DNA of 64,000 nt from an uncultured Candidatus Binatia bacterium (GTDB lineage Bacteria; Desulfobacterota; Binatia; Bin18): positions 466,869 through 530,868 of the forward strand of contig OZ242288.1 in NCBI GenBank assembly GCA_965207575.1, in the 5' to 3' direction. This document shows, in pieces, positions 50,119-59,614 of this stretch; the first letter of the stretch is position 1; every line of letters starts with the position of its first letter. Below the pieces are notes generated by a model. It worked only from the letters and a program-made list of their open reading frames with translations, searched no databases and was not told the origin of the DNA. The translations under genes were made by a program, and so were the position numbers.

Positions 50119-50442
50119 TCATGCCGCGGCAAGACGCTGGTTCAGCACGCGCCAGAAGGTTGCGACGGCTTCCTTGTCGGCCTCAAAGAAGTCCTCGAAA
50201 AAGCCACTACCATTGAGCGGCGGAGGATAGGCGTAGCGTTCGCCATCTTCCCCAAATTCGGTGGCCCAATCGGCTGGTTCGCTTGGATTGACAACTTCAA
50301 AGAGCCGAGCAGGATACAGATACGGACGCCCCTCATCATTCAGGATACGAAGCGCATCAGCCTCAATCCCGATCACCATATACTGCTGGTGAGGGGAAAG
50401 ATCGGGATAACGGGCGTTCCGTCTGCGGAGCTTGACAATCAT
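50119..50442 (-). CDS. Hypothetical protein
   Basis: 107 aa with protein-like composition. Its 3' third is duplicated at 48876-48999. Confidence 0.5.
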   Translation of the reverse strand: MIVKLRRRNARYPDLSPHQQYMVIGIEADALRILNDEGRPYLYPARLFEVVNPSEPADWATEFGEDGERYAYPPPLNGSGFFEDFFEADKEAVATFWRVLNQRLAAA

Positions 50443-50502
50443 CTTTCAGTAGGGACAGGCAATCATAGGTGTAGGGGACACATCGCATAGTATAGAAGAC
50501 GC

Positions 50503-51237
50503 CTACTCCGATTCGGACAAGTTCAACCCTATGGGATTAGATTGGATTATGTCCAATGCTATTTTTATGCGAGTCGCAACGCTTATTCCAGCAGGAGTGT
50601 CGACTTTGAATCCTGTAGGAGTCTTCCCAACTATCCTCCCCTCCTCTCCGTATACAGGAGCATAGACATCACTTATCAGGTTTATGTTCCCACTCATGAC
50701 TCCAATCAAGGTCCACTCATTGTCATTTTCCACTAGAATGGGACTGCCTGAAAAACCTGGATTAGATATAGTATCAAGTATTATTCTCTCATCGTCTCCA
50801 TTGTACCCTGCTACAACCGTTTTCTTAGCTAGAGGAGGAGCTACATATTTATTTCCAACCTTCATCTTAGACTGAAAATTAGTGGAAGTGGGAAGGGGAA
50901 AACCTGCAACAAGAGCATCCTCACCCATCCTAAAAGATCCGACAGGAATACTGAAATTTGATATACGATACTCGGGAGATAGGACTGCAATATCAGCATC
51001 GCCGTCTGACCGCCCTACAATAACTACTCCAAGTTTGCGGAATGCTAATACATCACGACCGTCGTCAGGCCATTCGCTTATCCTGATTCCTATCTCATCC
51101 TTATCTTGAAGTCCTTCGACGCAATGTCTTGCAGTCACAAGGTATTGACGGCCATCAACATCAAAGGAAAATCCCGTGCAATAAGTGTCGCCAATCTTTA
51201 GTAGGAATGTGCTGTAGATTATGACGTGGGTTAGCAT
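50503..51237 (-). CDS. Trypsin-like (S1/chymotrypsin-fold) serine protease, no signal peptide
   Basis: Candidate catalytic triad: LVTARHCVEG (His), DIAVLSP (Asp) and NPGFSGSPIL (Ser). The N-terminus enters the protease fold directly. Confidence 0.8.
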   Translation of the reverse strand: MLTHVIIYSTFLLKIGDTYCTGFSFDVDGRQYLVTARHCVEGLQDKDEIGIRISEWPDDGRDVLAFRKLGVVIVGRSDGDADIAVLSPEYRISNFSIPVGSFRMGEDALVAGFPLPTSTNFQSKMKVGNKYVAPPLAKKTVVAGYNGDDERIILDTISNPGFSGSPILVENDNEWTLIGVMSGNINLISDVYAPVYGEEGRIVGKTPTGFKVDTPAGISVATRIKIALDIIQSNPIGLNLSESE

Positions 51238-51272
51238 TGAATAATTCCTTTCTTCCCCAACTCCGCCTTAAA

Positions 51273-51380
51273 TCATGCCTGACGCCTGTTCCCCTTCTTA
51301 GGGTTACAGGCGTTACACAGTGATTGCAGGTTCTCTAGCGCTTCGGTTCCGCCTTTCGACCTCGGAATAGCGTGGCCTGC
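51273..51380 (-). pseudogene. HNH endonuclease remnant (C-terminal 35 codons)
   Basis: The minus strand reads AGHAIPRSKGGTEALENLQSLCNACNPKKGNRRQA*, which matches the H ... N ... CN-x2-KG core of HNH nucleases. It has no start codon. Confidence 0.6.
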
Positions 51381-51393
51381 GGTAAAACTCCTT

Positions 51394-54300
51394 CTAACTA
51401 GAAAACTCCTCCGGCAGCCCTCGCACTATCTCCACTGTTTCCAGGCTGACGCGCACGACTTGGCCGACGAGGCGGACGATGTATTCTTCGTCGTCGGGGC
51501 GGTTGGGATCGGAGCGGATGCGGCTGCGTTTGTCGGTCTTGATGCGGTATTGATCGATGACCCATTCCAGGGCGCTACGGTTGCCGAGCCGATAGGCGAA
51601 TACGTCCGGGGGAATCCCGGCCAGGGTGAGCGAGTCGTTGACGATAAGGGCGGTCTTGTCTTTGCTGAGCTTCATACGGTCTACGCGGTACGACAATGGC
51701 ACGTCGGCCGATTCGATCCATTGCAGCTCATACGGCTCAAGGGTTTCGTATTCGAGATGCAGCCGGGCAAGCTGCTTGCCGGCGGAGGTAAACGCCTGAA
51801 AGTCCGGGGCAAACGGAATGCGTGGCAGCTCACGTCTCAGATTGTCGGCGAACTTTTCCCGGTAGCTAGGATGGTGAAGAAGCCCGTACACGTAATAGAA
51901 AATATCCCACTTTGTGATGTTCGGATTGTGGTAATAGTCTTGGAACTGTTTGAGTGACCAGTTGGTGATGTTTTCGCGCTTGTTACTTCCCTCTTGGCTG
52001 TACATATAAAAAGGGAAGGCTTGTGCAGCAGCCCCGGCTCCCACAAGGTGCAGGTCTAAGAGCTGATTACTAACCAATGCCATAAAGGGCTTCTCGGAAG
52101 CTATTCCCGTGAGACATATGACCCTGTTCTCTTCCTCCGTGACAGGATTTGGGAAAATCCGAGGCAATACGTATCTGCGCTCATTCATTACAGAGTCGAA
52201 GAATACGAACCGTTTAATAAACGGGCGGTAGAGCGCATTTCTGATTTTTGCCTTGTTAAACTCAGCATAAACATCACGCGCCACTGTGTTCTTGAGTCCC
52301 TCGCTCCACTTTATCTTTGTTTCATCGCTGTCTACGAAGCTATCTATGTCTTTGGGACGACCGACTCTTTTCCAGCGATCAACTTCACTGTTATAGGCTT
52401 CAATGCACTGTCTAGCTTTATCGGCTAGCTGCTCCTCGTCAAAGCAATATACCCACGCATCCCGGTTGGTCTTTACGCCGAGGGAGAAAATCTTGAAAAT
52501 TGTCTCTTCATTTATTCCCTTGTTCGCCCTCGTTTCCCGGCTCCCGATGGGAAGTAGCGCCCGGAAATCGTCAGCATATTCAGGAACGATCCAAGTGTGA
52601 TTGTCATCAGGCTGTAAGGTCTGCCATTCCATCGCCGCAACATTCTGCTTCTCTGCCAACCAAGACAGCTTTTCTTCCCTACGCCAGTCTTCGGGAACAC
52701 GGTGGTAGAGCAAGGAACGGGTCGCGTGTTGCGCTTTGCGAACGGCAACCGTGATTCCAACACCAACCTGAATACCAAACACATTATGAGTCGTACCGCT
52801 CAGCTTGGGGTTTTTGCGAACGTTGCCGTGCAGGTCAATATGATGAATCTTCGTGAAATCCTGCAAAAGGTTTTTCCGCATTCCGTCAAAGGCGGTCTGG
52901 TCTGTAAAGCTGTTATTGGTCACAAAGCATACAATCCCGTCTCGCCCTTCCAAGCGGTCTACCGCCCAACGAAAAAACTTTACATAAGCGTCGGACAGCG
53001 CGTTGACATTGCTCGCCGTGGAATCTTTGGCATACGTCGCCCGGATTTGCTTCTCGATAACCTTATACTTCCGATTCTTATTATTGTCGTTCTCGTTAAT
53101 CTGCCCCACGTTGTAGGGTGGGTTGCCGATGATAACCGTAATGGGTGCGGTTTTTTGGCGCTCTACCCGTGCGGTGTTCTCCTCGGTCATAAAGGCAAAT
53201 TGTTGCTCGCTGCCCTCTGCCAGTTCGAGCGTATCCACGAAGCATAGGCCGTCGAACCGTTCATACGCGCCGGTGCGTTCGTAATAGGCGTGCTCGATGT
53301 TGAGGGCGGCAATGTAGTACGGCAGCAGCATGACTTCGTTGGCGAACAACTGCTCGGTGTACATGCGTTTCAGGGCACGCTTGGGAATACGACGCAGCAG
53401 GTTCACAATGAAGTTTCCGGTTCCCGTGCAGGGATCAAGAATGTGCACGCTTGTGTCGCTGAGGGTCTTGCCGAACTCGTCTTGCAACACCTGCTCTACG
53501 CTCGCACACATGAAATCCACAATCTCCTGCGGCGTGTAGACAATGCCGAGCGTGTCGGCGGCCTTGACTGAGTAGCCCTGAAAGAAACGCTCGTAGACGG
53601 CGTTCAGGAAGTGCTGTTTCTCGCTGAAATTCTCGATGGTTTGGGCCGCTGACTCGATAGCCAGATAAAAGGTGTCGAGGGATTTGAGAAATTCGTGCCG
53701 GTTAAAGGCTTTGCTGACCAGCGCGTCAATAACCTTTTCCACCTCACGCGCAATCACGTTGCGGCGAATGAAATCCTGGCTGTCGAAGATCGTCCGAATC
53801 AGCCGCTCGGTCAAAAGGTGCTGCACCAGCATTTCATCAACTGCGGCCTCACTCAGGTTGGGGTTCAGTGACTCCCGACACAAAGTAAAGAAGCTCTTAA
53901 ATGCCTTCTGAAACGCCGTGTTGGTAGCGTGGGCGTCCTGAATGATCTGCACCAGGCCGCGTGCCAGGTCGGGCACCCGCTGCTTGAAATCTGCCACCGC
54001 GCTGCTGAAGTCCTCGTGGGCGGGTTCGGTGTAGGAAAAGAAGGTGATAAGCAGGTTGGTGAGTTGGACGCGCTGGGTCAGGTCGGCCTGCATGGCAACC
54101 TGCCCGTTCTGGTACAGGTAAGCGCGTTGGGTGTCTTCAAAGATGATGTTGGTGAGTGGGTAGCCTTTGTCGATTTTCTTCTGGATTTCGGCCTCAAGGT
54201 TGTCGTCGGTGTCCTTGGCCTCCCAGTAACCACGATTCAGGAAGTACTCATCCCGAAACGTTCCATCGGGCCGAATGGAACCGCTTGCCAATTCTGGAAT

Positions 54301-54462
54301 AAGCGTCCAGCCAGTCCGCCTACCTGTCTCGGCCAACAGGTTCTGAAATGCGGACCGTAGCGCCCCCTCGTGCGTGACGCCCTGTTTCTCGTACGCTTCG
54401 AGAGCGGCGTAGTAGTCGGTGAGGTCCTTTGATTTTGGTTTGACAGCGAGAACGGCGGGCAT
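51394..54462 (-). CDS. Type IIG / type ISP-like restriction-modification enzyme (nuclease-like N-terminus, N6A methylase and C-terminal specificity domain; no helicase motor)
   Basis: Contains IRPDGTFRDEYFLNRGYWEAKD (D ... E-x-K), ILDPCTGTGNF (motif I) and VIIGNPPYNVGQ (motif IV). The C-terminal YRLGNRSALEWVIDQY ... IRSDPN resembles type ISP C-terminal domains. Confidence 0.85.
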   Translation of the reverse strand: MPAVLAVKPKSKDLTDYYAALEAYEKQGVTHEGALRSAFQNLLAETGRRTGWTLIPELASGSIRPDGTFRDEYFLNRGYWEAKDTDDNLEAEIQKKIDKGYPLTNIIFEDTQRAYLYQNGQVAMQADLTQRVQLTNLLITFFSYTEPAHEDFSSAVADFKQRVPDLARGLVQIIQDAHATNTAFQKAFKSFFTLCRESLNPNLSEAAVDEMLVQHLLTERLIRTIFDSQDFIRRNVIAREVEKVIDALVSKAFNRHEFLKSLDTFYLAIESAAQTIENFSEKQHFLNAVYERFFQGYSVKAADTLGIVYTPQEIVDFMCASVEQVLQDEFGKTLSDTSVHILDPCTGTGNFIVNLLRRIPKRALKRMYTEQLFANEVMLLPYYIAALNIEHAYYERTGAYERFDGLCFVDTLELAEGSEQQFAFMTEENTARVERQKTAPITVIIGNPPYNVGQINENDNNKNRKYKVIEKQIRATYAKDSTASNVNALSDAYVKFFRWAVDRLEGRDGIVCFVTNNSFTDQTAFDGMRKNLLQDFTKIHHIDLHGNVRKNPKLSGTTHNVFGIQVGVGITVAVRKAQHATRSLLYHRVPEDWRREEKLSWLAEKQNVAAMEWQTLQPDDNHTWIVPEYADDFRALLPIGSRETRANKGINEETIFKIFSLGVKTNRDAWVYCFDEEQLADKARQCIEAYNSEVDRWKRVGRPKDIDSFVDSDETKIKWSEGLKNTVARDVYAEFNKAKIRNALYRPFIKRFVFFDSVMNERRYVLPRIFPNPVTEEENRVICLTGIASEKPFMALVSNQLLDLHLVGAGAAAQAFPFYMYSQEGSNKRENITNWSLKQFQDYYHNPNITKWDIFYYVYGLLHHPSYREKFADNLRRELPRIPFAPDFQAFTSAGKQLARLHLEYETLEPYELQWIESADVPLSYRVDRMKLSKDKTALIVNDSLTLAGIPPDVFAYRLGNRSALEWVIDQYRIKTDKRSRIRSDPNRPDDEEYIVRLVGQVVRVSLETVEIVRGLPEEFSS

Positions 54463-54655
54463 CGTCGGGATTGTCCTTCCACCAGGAACTTATATGCGCT
54501 TGACCGGCAGGAAGCACAAGGGCCAAGCCTCGGGGCCGGTGGCCCAAAAAGAGTGTTTCTCTTCCAGGCGTCTTGTTGACTGCATGGCAAAGCCTGCATA
54601 GACTGCATTGAATGATGGCATTCTGGAATGCTCGCAGGAGGCTCGGGTGAAAACC

Positions 54656-54898
54656 ATGACCATCCGTAACGTACCGGCAGAGTTGGCCTCAGCCCTCGAT
54701 GCGGAAAGGCGTCGCCGGGGGCTCTCCCTGAACCGGACCGTGCTGTCCTTGATGCAGGAGGCCCTCGGCATCTCGCCGAGCGGAAGCCGCAGCAACGGGC
54801 TTCGCCACCTGGCCGGAGCCTGGGATGCGGATGAATTCAGGCAATTCGAAGAAGCCGTGGCGCCGTTTGGAGAGATCGACAAGGACCTCTGGCAGTGA
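54656..54898 (+). CDS. vapB: RHH (FitA/VapB-like) antitoxin
   Basis: Reads MTIRNVPAELASALDAERRRRGLSLNRTVLSLMQEAL. Its stop overlaps the PIN gene start. Confidence 0.7.
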   Translation: MTIRNVPAELASALDAERRRRGLSLNRTVLSLMQEALGISPSGSRSNGLRHLAGAWDADEFRQFEEAVAPFGEIDKDLWQ

Positions 54899-55287
54899 AG
54901 CGGCTCTGCCTCGATACTTCGGCCTACAGTAACTTCCAACGCGGCGAACCACGTGTCGTTGAGCGTATGGACCGTGCGGAGTGGATTGGCATGCCGGCCA
55001 TTGTGGTCGGCGAGCTTTGGACGGGCTTCTTACTCGGTATGCGCGTTGACGAGAACATCGCCGCCTTGGAGGCATTCCTCCGACACCACGTTGTGGAGAC
55101 ATTGCCTGTAGATGGCGAGACGGGGCGTATCTTTGGCGAGATATTCCTTGATTTGCGCCGTAAGGGACGCCCGTTGCCCACAAACGACATTTGGATTGCG
55201 GCCACAGCAGCCCAGTCCGGCGCAAGCGTCCTCACCTTCGACGAGCACTTTCGAGAAATTGCTCGCGTCAGCGCGATTATCCTATGA
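54895..55287 (+). CDS. vapC: PIN-domain toxin (VapC)
   Basis: Contains LCLDTSAYSNF ... VVGELWTG ... TNDIWIAATAAQSGASVLTFDEHF. Confidence 0.85.
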   Translation: MKRLCLDTSAYSNFQRGEPRVVERMDRAEWIGMPAIVVGELWTGFLLGMRVDENIAALEAFLRHHVVETLPVDGETGRIFGEIFLDLRRKGRPLPTNDIWIAATAAQSGASVLTFDEHFREIARVSAIIL

Positions 55288-55316
55288 GACTGAGCGCGTC
55301 TATTTCCTTGTCGCCC

Positions 55317-56432
55317 CTATAAAAGCTGTACCGAGTGGAAAGCTATGGTCCGCTGGTCGGCCTCATCCATGGGGAAGTCCTTTCCGGTCCTGAACAGAAT
55401 GGTATTGTCTCCGGGACGAATCCAGTCGTTCGGAAGAGGAATGGTGTACTCACGCCAGCCTCTATACAGGAGCAGGCGCTGGGCGAGCTGTCCGTTCACG
55501 ATAATTTCAAGCGGGAAGCAGGTATACGCCTTTGATTTGACAAATGGCCGGGCAACAACGTAGAGGGCAGCTCCCTCTCCTTGCGGAACGGTCAGGGTAA
55601 TACGGGCGTCGCCCTGCCGAGCCCAGGAGATTGGGCCAATCGGCTCTTGGGTATGCCGACCCCAATCTCCGCTGAAGTTTTCCTGTGGCACGTTTTCCCC
55701 AAAAGAGAACTTGGCAAGTGGGGCAGTCTGAAGAGACCGGGCAGAGGGAAGCAGCACCCGTGTCTGCGGGAAAAAATAGAACATTTGATAGCAGAGCAGG
55801 GAGACGAGGCCCAGGCAGACGACATGGCGGGTGGACTGCAAGAAGGCGGGCGGGCGCAGCGCCACACTCAACAGCGCGCCGGCAATGAGGAGGCTGCCAA
55901 TGATATCAGTCGCCCAGTGATGTCCAAGATAGAGCCGCTGCCAGATGATCACCCCGGATAGACAGACCGCGACCCCACTACCCCACACCCTGAGCCATGT
56001 GGGAACGCCTTTGCGAGCCAGGAAAAAAATCAGGGTGCCAGTGATGAGGACCGCGCCGATCACATGTCCGCTGGGAAAACTATTGCCGACGAGCAACGCT
56101 GGCAGCGCGCTGGGTCGGGCACGGTCTAACCCGGTTTTCAGCAATTCCGAGAGAAAAGCCCCGCTCAGGACAATGAGCAAGGCGTGAGCGATATCTGTCC
56201 AACGCCGTTGCAGACCAAGCACGCAGACGCCCAGGCCACCGAACAAGATCAGATACCAGAGGGGAGAGTCTTTACACTGCATGCCGATGTGGACGAGATG
56301 ACACGACCGAGCCGACTGTAGCCACTGGTAGACGGCCGCATCCAGGGGAATGGTCGCCTCCATGTTCAGGAATTGGATAAGAATCAAGCTGCCCAGCAAG
56401 AGGGACAGGCGCTGCGTCGTTTTAGGGCTCAA
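55317..56432 (-). CDS. PAP2-family phosphatase with a C-terminal beta-rich extension
   Basis: Contains KTGLDRARPS, FPSGHV and LGHHWATDIIGS (the three PAP2 motifs), with multiple TM segments. Confidence 0.85.
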   Translation of the reverse strand: MSPKTTQRLSLLLGSLILIQFLNMEATIPLDAAVYQWLQSARSCHLVHIGMQCKDSPLWYLILFGGLGVCVLGLQRRWTDIAHALLIVLSGAFLSELLKTGLDRARPSALPALLVGNSFPSGHVIGAVLITGTLIFFLARKGVPTWLRVWGSGVAVCLSGVIIWQRLYLGHHWATDIIGSLLIAGALLSVALRPPAFLQSTRHVVCLGLVSLLCYQMFYFFPQTRVLLPSARSLQTAPLAKFSFGENVPQENFSGDWGRHTQEPIGPISWARQGDARITLTVPQGEGAALYVVARPFVKSKAYTCFPLEIIVNGQLAQRLLLYRGWREYTIPLPNDWIRPGDNTILFRTGKDFPMDEADQRTIAFHSVQLL

Positions 56433-56841
56433 GAGTCCGTATGGCTTCCGCGCGTGCCCACTCTACATTGTGTCGATGACGATTTGCCATCTCCCTGAGA
56501 AAGGCTGCGATATCTGGAGGAGGTTGTAAATCGAGCGCTTGTTCAACCTTGCGAGCGACCCACGCCTGGCCTCGTGACAAAAGGTCAATCTGACCCCGGA
56601 GGTCCTCAATCTGGAGGACTTTTTGCGCAAAATCTCCGGTCGCCGTTGACGGCGTTCCGCCGTGCAGCCGGATGAGTCCCTCCAGGACCGATACATCGCT
56701 GACCTCAACTTCGGTGAAGCTGGTAAATAAAGATTTGAGGCCTGAATCGGCAGTGGTCCGTATCAACGTATCAAGAAGCGCATGACCCGCGCGTTCCGCT
56801 TCCAACAGTCGATTCAGGAGATCTTCGAGCGCTGCTTCCAT
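56422..56841 (-). CDS. Hypothetical helical (ferritin-like/four-helix-bundle?) protein
   Basis: 139 aa of helical composition. It overlaps the PAP2 gene start by 11 nt. Confidence 0.4.
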   Translation of the reverse strand: MEAALEDLLNRLLEAERAGHALLDTLIRTTADSGLKSLFTSFTEVEVSDVSVLEGLIRLHGGTPSTATGDFAQKVLQIEDLRGQIDLLSRGQAWVARKVEQALDLQPPPDIAAFLREMANRHRHNVEWARAEAIRTLEP

Positions 56842-57017
56842 AGGCTGCCGTCCCTCTCACTATAATAAAAAAGAGGGAAGGAGAAGGCACCCGAACGTAG
56901 GATGGACACACGCCCCGGAAGACGCTGGCAGAATGGTAGCGGCGCATGCTACGCTCTTTGTCCTGGTGTTGATGATTTGTGAGGCAGGCCGGTACGGGAC
57001 AACGAGAGAGAAATAGT

Positions 57018-57392
57018 ATGCAGAAACTGGTATGGTCCGTCCTTGCTGCAAGCATCCTTTTCAGCCTGGCATGCGGCTCGACAAAGACCCCCACGCTCTC
57101 AGTGCCGTTTTTGAGTGCCAAATCCACGACCGACTCGCCAATTCGGGCCAAGCGTATGGAATTTGCCCGCTTTGAACTGGATTGGGACGGCATGAAGCCG
57201 CTGGGGAGGCGTCCCAAGGAAGAAGTGAGAGCAACATTATTGACCAGCATCGAGAGCGACTGCCCCAATTATCAGGTAGTCAATGAGGGAGAAAATTCCG
57301 AGGAAACTCAGAGCCAACAGCAGGACAGCGTTCAGCAGAACGCCAAAATAGTCAGGAATTACTACTGGATTCGCTACCGTTGCGGAGAGTAA
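57018..57392 (+). CDS. Lipoprotein (hypothetical)
   Basis: Reads MQKLVWSVLAASILFSLACGS, with a lipobox L-A-C. Confidence 0.6.
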   Translation: MQKLVWSVLAASILFSLACGSTKTPTLSVPFLSAKSTTDSPIRAKRMEFARFELDWDGMKPLGRRPKEEVRATLLTSIESDCPNYQVVNEGENSEETQSQQQDSVQQNAKIVRNYYWIRYRCGE

Positions 57393-57502
57393 GCGTATCC
57401 ATCTCATCTCCAGTGAGAAAGTGGGACCTGTTTACTCTTTGGGGACGGGAGCTGACCAGAGCCGACGAGATATACGAACAGAACAACATAAGGAGGTGTG
57501 CG

Positions 57503-57934
57503 ATGGCATCTATACTCGAAGAAAAGGATGCGATTCACGAGACGATCGCAAACTATTGCTATCATTTCGATGGTGGCGAGTTTAACCAGTGGGTCGATTT
57601 GTTCACTGAGGATGGCGTCTTTGACGGTGGAGAGGTCGCCGGTGTGCATACGGGCAAAGAGGCGCTACGGGCTTTTGTTGATACAGTTCCCGGTCGGATG
57701 GCGATGAAAGACGGTGCGCCCATGCTCAAGCATTGTGTGATGAACGAAATCATCAAAGTCGATGGAGAGCAGGCGACCGCAAAGAGCTATATCGTCGTAG
57801 TCCGCTCCAAAGGCGAGAGTGCGTTAGTCAACGGTATTGCCGGTCGTTATGAGGATAGGCTTGTCAAACAAGGCGATCGCTGGCTTTTCGCACACCGCAC
57901 AGTGCATTTCGACCTGATGGGCGACATGCAGTAA
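57503..57934 (+). CDS. SnoaL-like / NTF2-fold protein
   Basis: AGGAGG lies before the ATG at 57503. Contains IHETIANYCYHFDGGEFNQWVDLFTEDGVFD ... YEDRLVKQGDRWLFAHR. Confidence 0.75.
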   Translation: MASILEEKDAIHETIANYCYHFDGGEFNQWVDLFTEDGVFDGGEVAGVHTGKEALRAFVDTVPGRMAMKDGAPMLKHCVMNEIIKVDGEQATAKSYIVVVRSKGESALVNGIAGRYEDRLVKQGDRWLFAHRTVHFDLMGDMQ

Positions 57935-58004
57935 GCCAAAGAGTATGAAGGAATCCAGGCGGGGCGCAGTTCAGCGGCCTCGCCTGGTACAATTTTCATG
58001 ACCG

Positions 58005-58268
58005 ATGGCCACTATCGGGAGAAAGGCTATGCGCGCTGTCTTCTTAATGATGAAAGTGGAACCGGGGACCCTGGCCGAAGTCGCAGACCGGGTGACCGAT
58101 TTGGAAAGCTTCTCTGAGGCGTATTCCATCTCGGGAGCCTATGACCTGCTGGTCAAGTTATACGTCGATGACTTTGAAGACCTGTCACATTTGGTGACCG
58201 AGAAGATTCAGAAGATCCCGCACGTGCGGGAGACGTTCACCATCCTGACCTTTCACGCCTTTAAGTAG
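58005..58268 (+). CDS. Stand-alone Lrp/AsnC ligand-binding (RAM) domain protein
   Basis: Contains AVFLMMKVEPGTLAEVADRVTDLESFSEAYSISGAYDLLVKLYVDDFEDLSHLVTEKIQKIPHVRETFT. Confidence 0.7.
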   Translation: MATIGRKAMRAVFLMMKVEPGTLAEVADRVTDLESFSEAYSISGAYDLLVKLYVDDFEDLSHLVTEKIQKIPHVRETFTILTFHAFK

Positions 58269-58301
58269 GGCCTGTCCTGAGCCCGGTCGAAGGACGACGG
58301 A

Positions 58302-59456
58302 TCAGATCACCGCGTCTTTGCGAAGCTGCCCAATCGCTGCCTCATCAACCCCCAGCTCTCTCAAAATCTCGTCCGTATGCTGGCCTTTCTCCGCGGTCGG
58401 CGTGCGAATGCTGGCCGGGGTCCGACTCAGCGTTACCGGCAGACCAAGGATCTGGATCGGCCCAAGCGCCGGGTGCTCAATCGCGTGCGCGAGTCCAAGG
58501 TGCCGGACCTGTTCGTTTTCAAAAACCTGATCGATGGACAGAATGGGGCCGCACGGAATGCCGGCCGCGTTCAGCGTATCGATCCATTCGTCCGCAGTCC
58601 GGTCTTTGAGTTTCTCTTCAAGAATGGGAGTCAGCATGTCCCGGTTTTTCGAGCGCCGGCCCGGAGAGGAAAACCGTTCATCTTCGGCCAAGGTGGCATC
58701 ACCCAGTACTGCACACAGCCGCTTCCACATGTGGTTGGTGGTGGCAATGTTGATGTGGCCGTCCTTGACCTTAAAGGTTCCGGTGGGAATCACGGTTGGA
58801 TGATTATTGCCGGCCTGGGGCGGCACTTCTTTACCCATGAGCCAGCGCGTGGCCTGAAAGTCCAGCATGGCGACCATGGCTTCCAGCAGTGAGGTATGGA
58901 TCCACTGGCCTTCGCCGGACCGTTCGCGTTCGAGCAGGGCAACCAAGACTCCCTGGGCGGCCAGCAGCCCGGCGCTCAGGTCGGCCACCGGAATCCCGGC
59001 GCGGACCGGACCGCCTCCGGGCTGCCCGGTGATGCTCATCAGCCCTCCCATTCCCTGGGCAACCTGATCATAGCCGGGACGATCCTGATACGGTCCGGTC
59101 TGTCCAAAACCGGATATGCTGGCGTAGACGAGACGCGGATTCAGCGGCCTGAGCGATTCGTAGTCTATACCAAGACGTTTTTTGACATTCGGCCGATAAT
59201 TCTCCACCAACACGTCTGATCTTTTGACGAGCTGTTCCAGAATCCGCTTGCCGCGCTCGTCCTTCAGGTTGAGCACCATGCAGCGCTTATTGCGATGCAG
59301 GTTTTGGAAATCGAAGCCGTGGCGGCCCCATTCGCCCTCGTCCTGGGGCTGTTCGATCTTGATCACCTGAGCGCCCATATCGGCCAACTGGCGCACGCAG
59401 GTCGGTCCGGCACGGGCGCGGGTCAGGTCAATCACGCGGATGTGGGACAGTGGCAT
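58302..59456 (-). CDS. Family III CoA-transferase (CaiB/BaiF)
   Basis: Contains IRVIDLTRARAGPTCVRQLADMGAQVIKIE ... NRNKR ... SISGFGQTGPY ... GYDQVAQGMGGLMS. Confidence 0.9.
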   Translation of the reverse strand: MPLSHIRVIDLTRARAGPTCVRQLADMGAQVIKIEQPQDEGEWGRHGFDFQNLHRNKRCMVLNLKDERGKRILEQLVKRSDVLVENYRPNVKKRLGIDYESLRPLNPRLVYASISGFGQTGPYQDRPGYDQVAQGMGGLMSITGQPGGGPVRAGIPVADLSAGLLAAQGVLVALLERERSGEGQWIHTSLLEAMVAMLDFQATRWLMGKEVPPQAGNNHPTVIPTGTFKVKDGHINIATTNHMWKRLCAVLGDATLAEDERFSSPGRRSKNRDMLTPILEEKLKDRTADEWIDTLNAAGIPCGPILSIDQVFENEQVRHLGLAHAIEHPALGPIQILGLPVTLSRTPASIRTPTAEKGQHTDEILRELGVDEAAIGQLRKDAVI

Positions 59457-59614
59457 GGCAAGACTCCTTTTGAGACACAGCTAGGCCGCTTTCTAGCATA
59501 CTATCCACCTGCCCATCCAGCAGAAATTCCTTGATTCACGCGTTTCCACTGGACAAAGTCCGCCAAGGTGTGCCATGTCCAGAGGAAAGAATATGTCGCG
59601 AAAGGGAGGACAGT

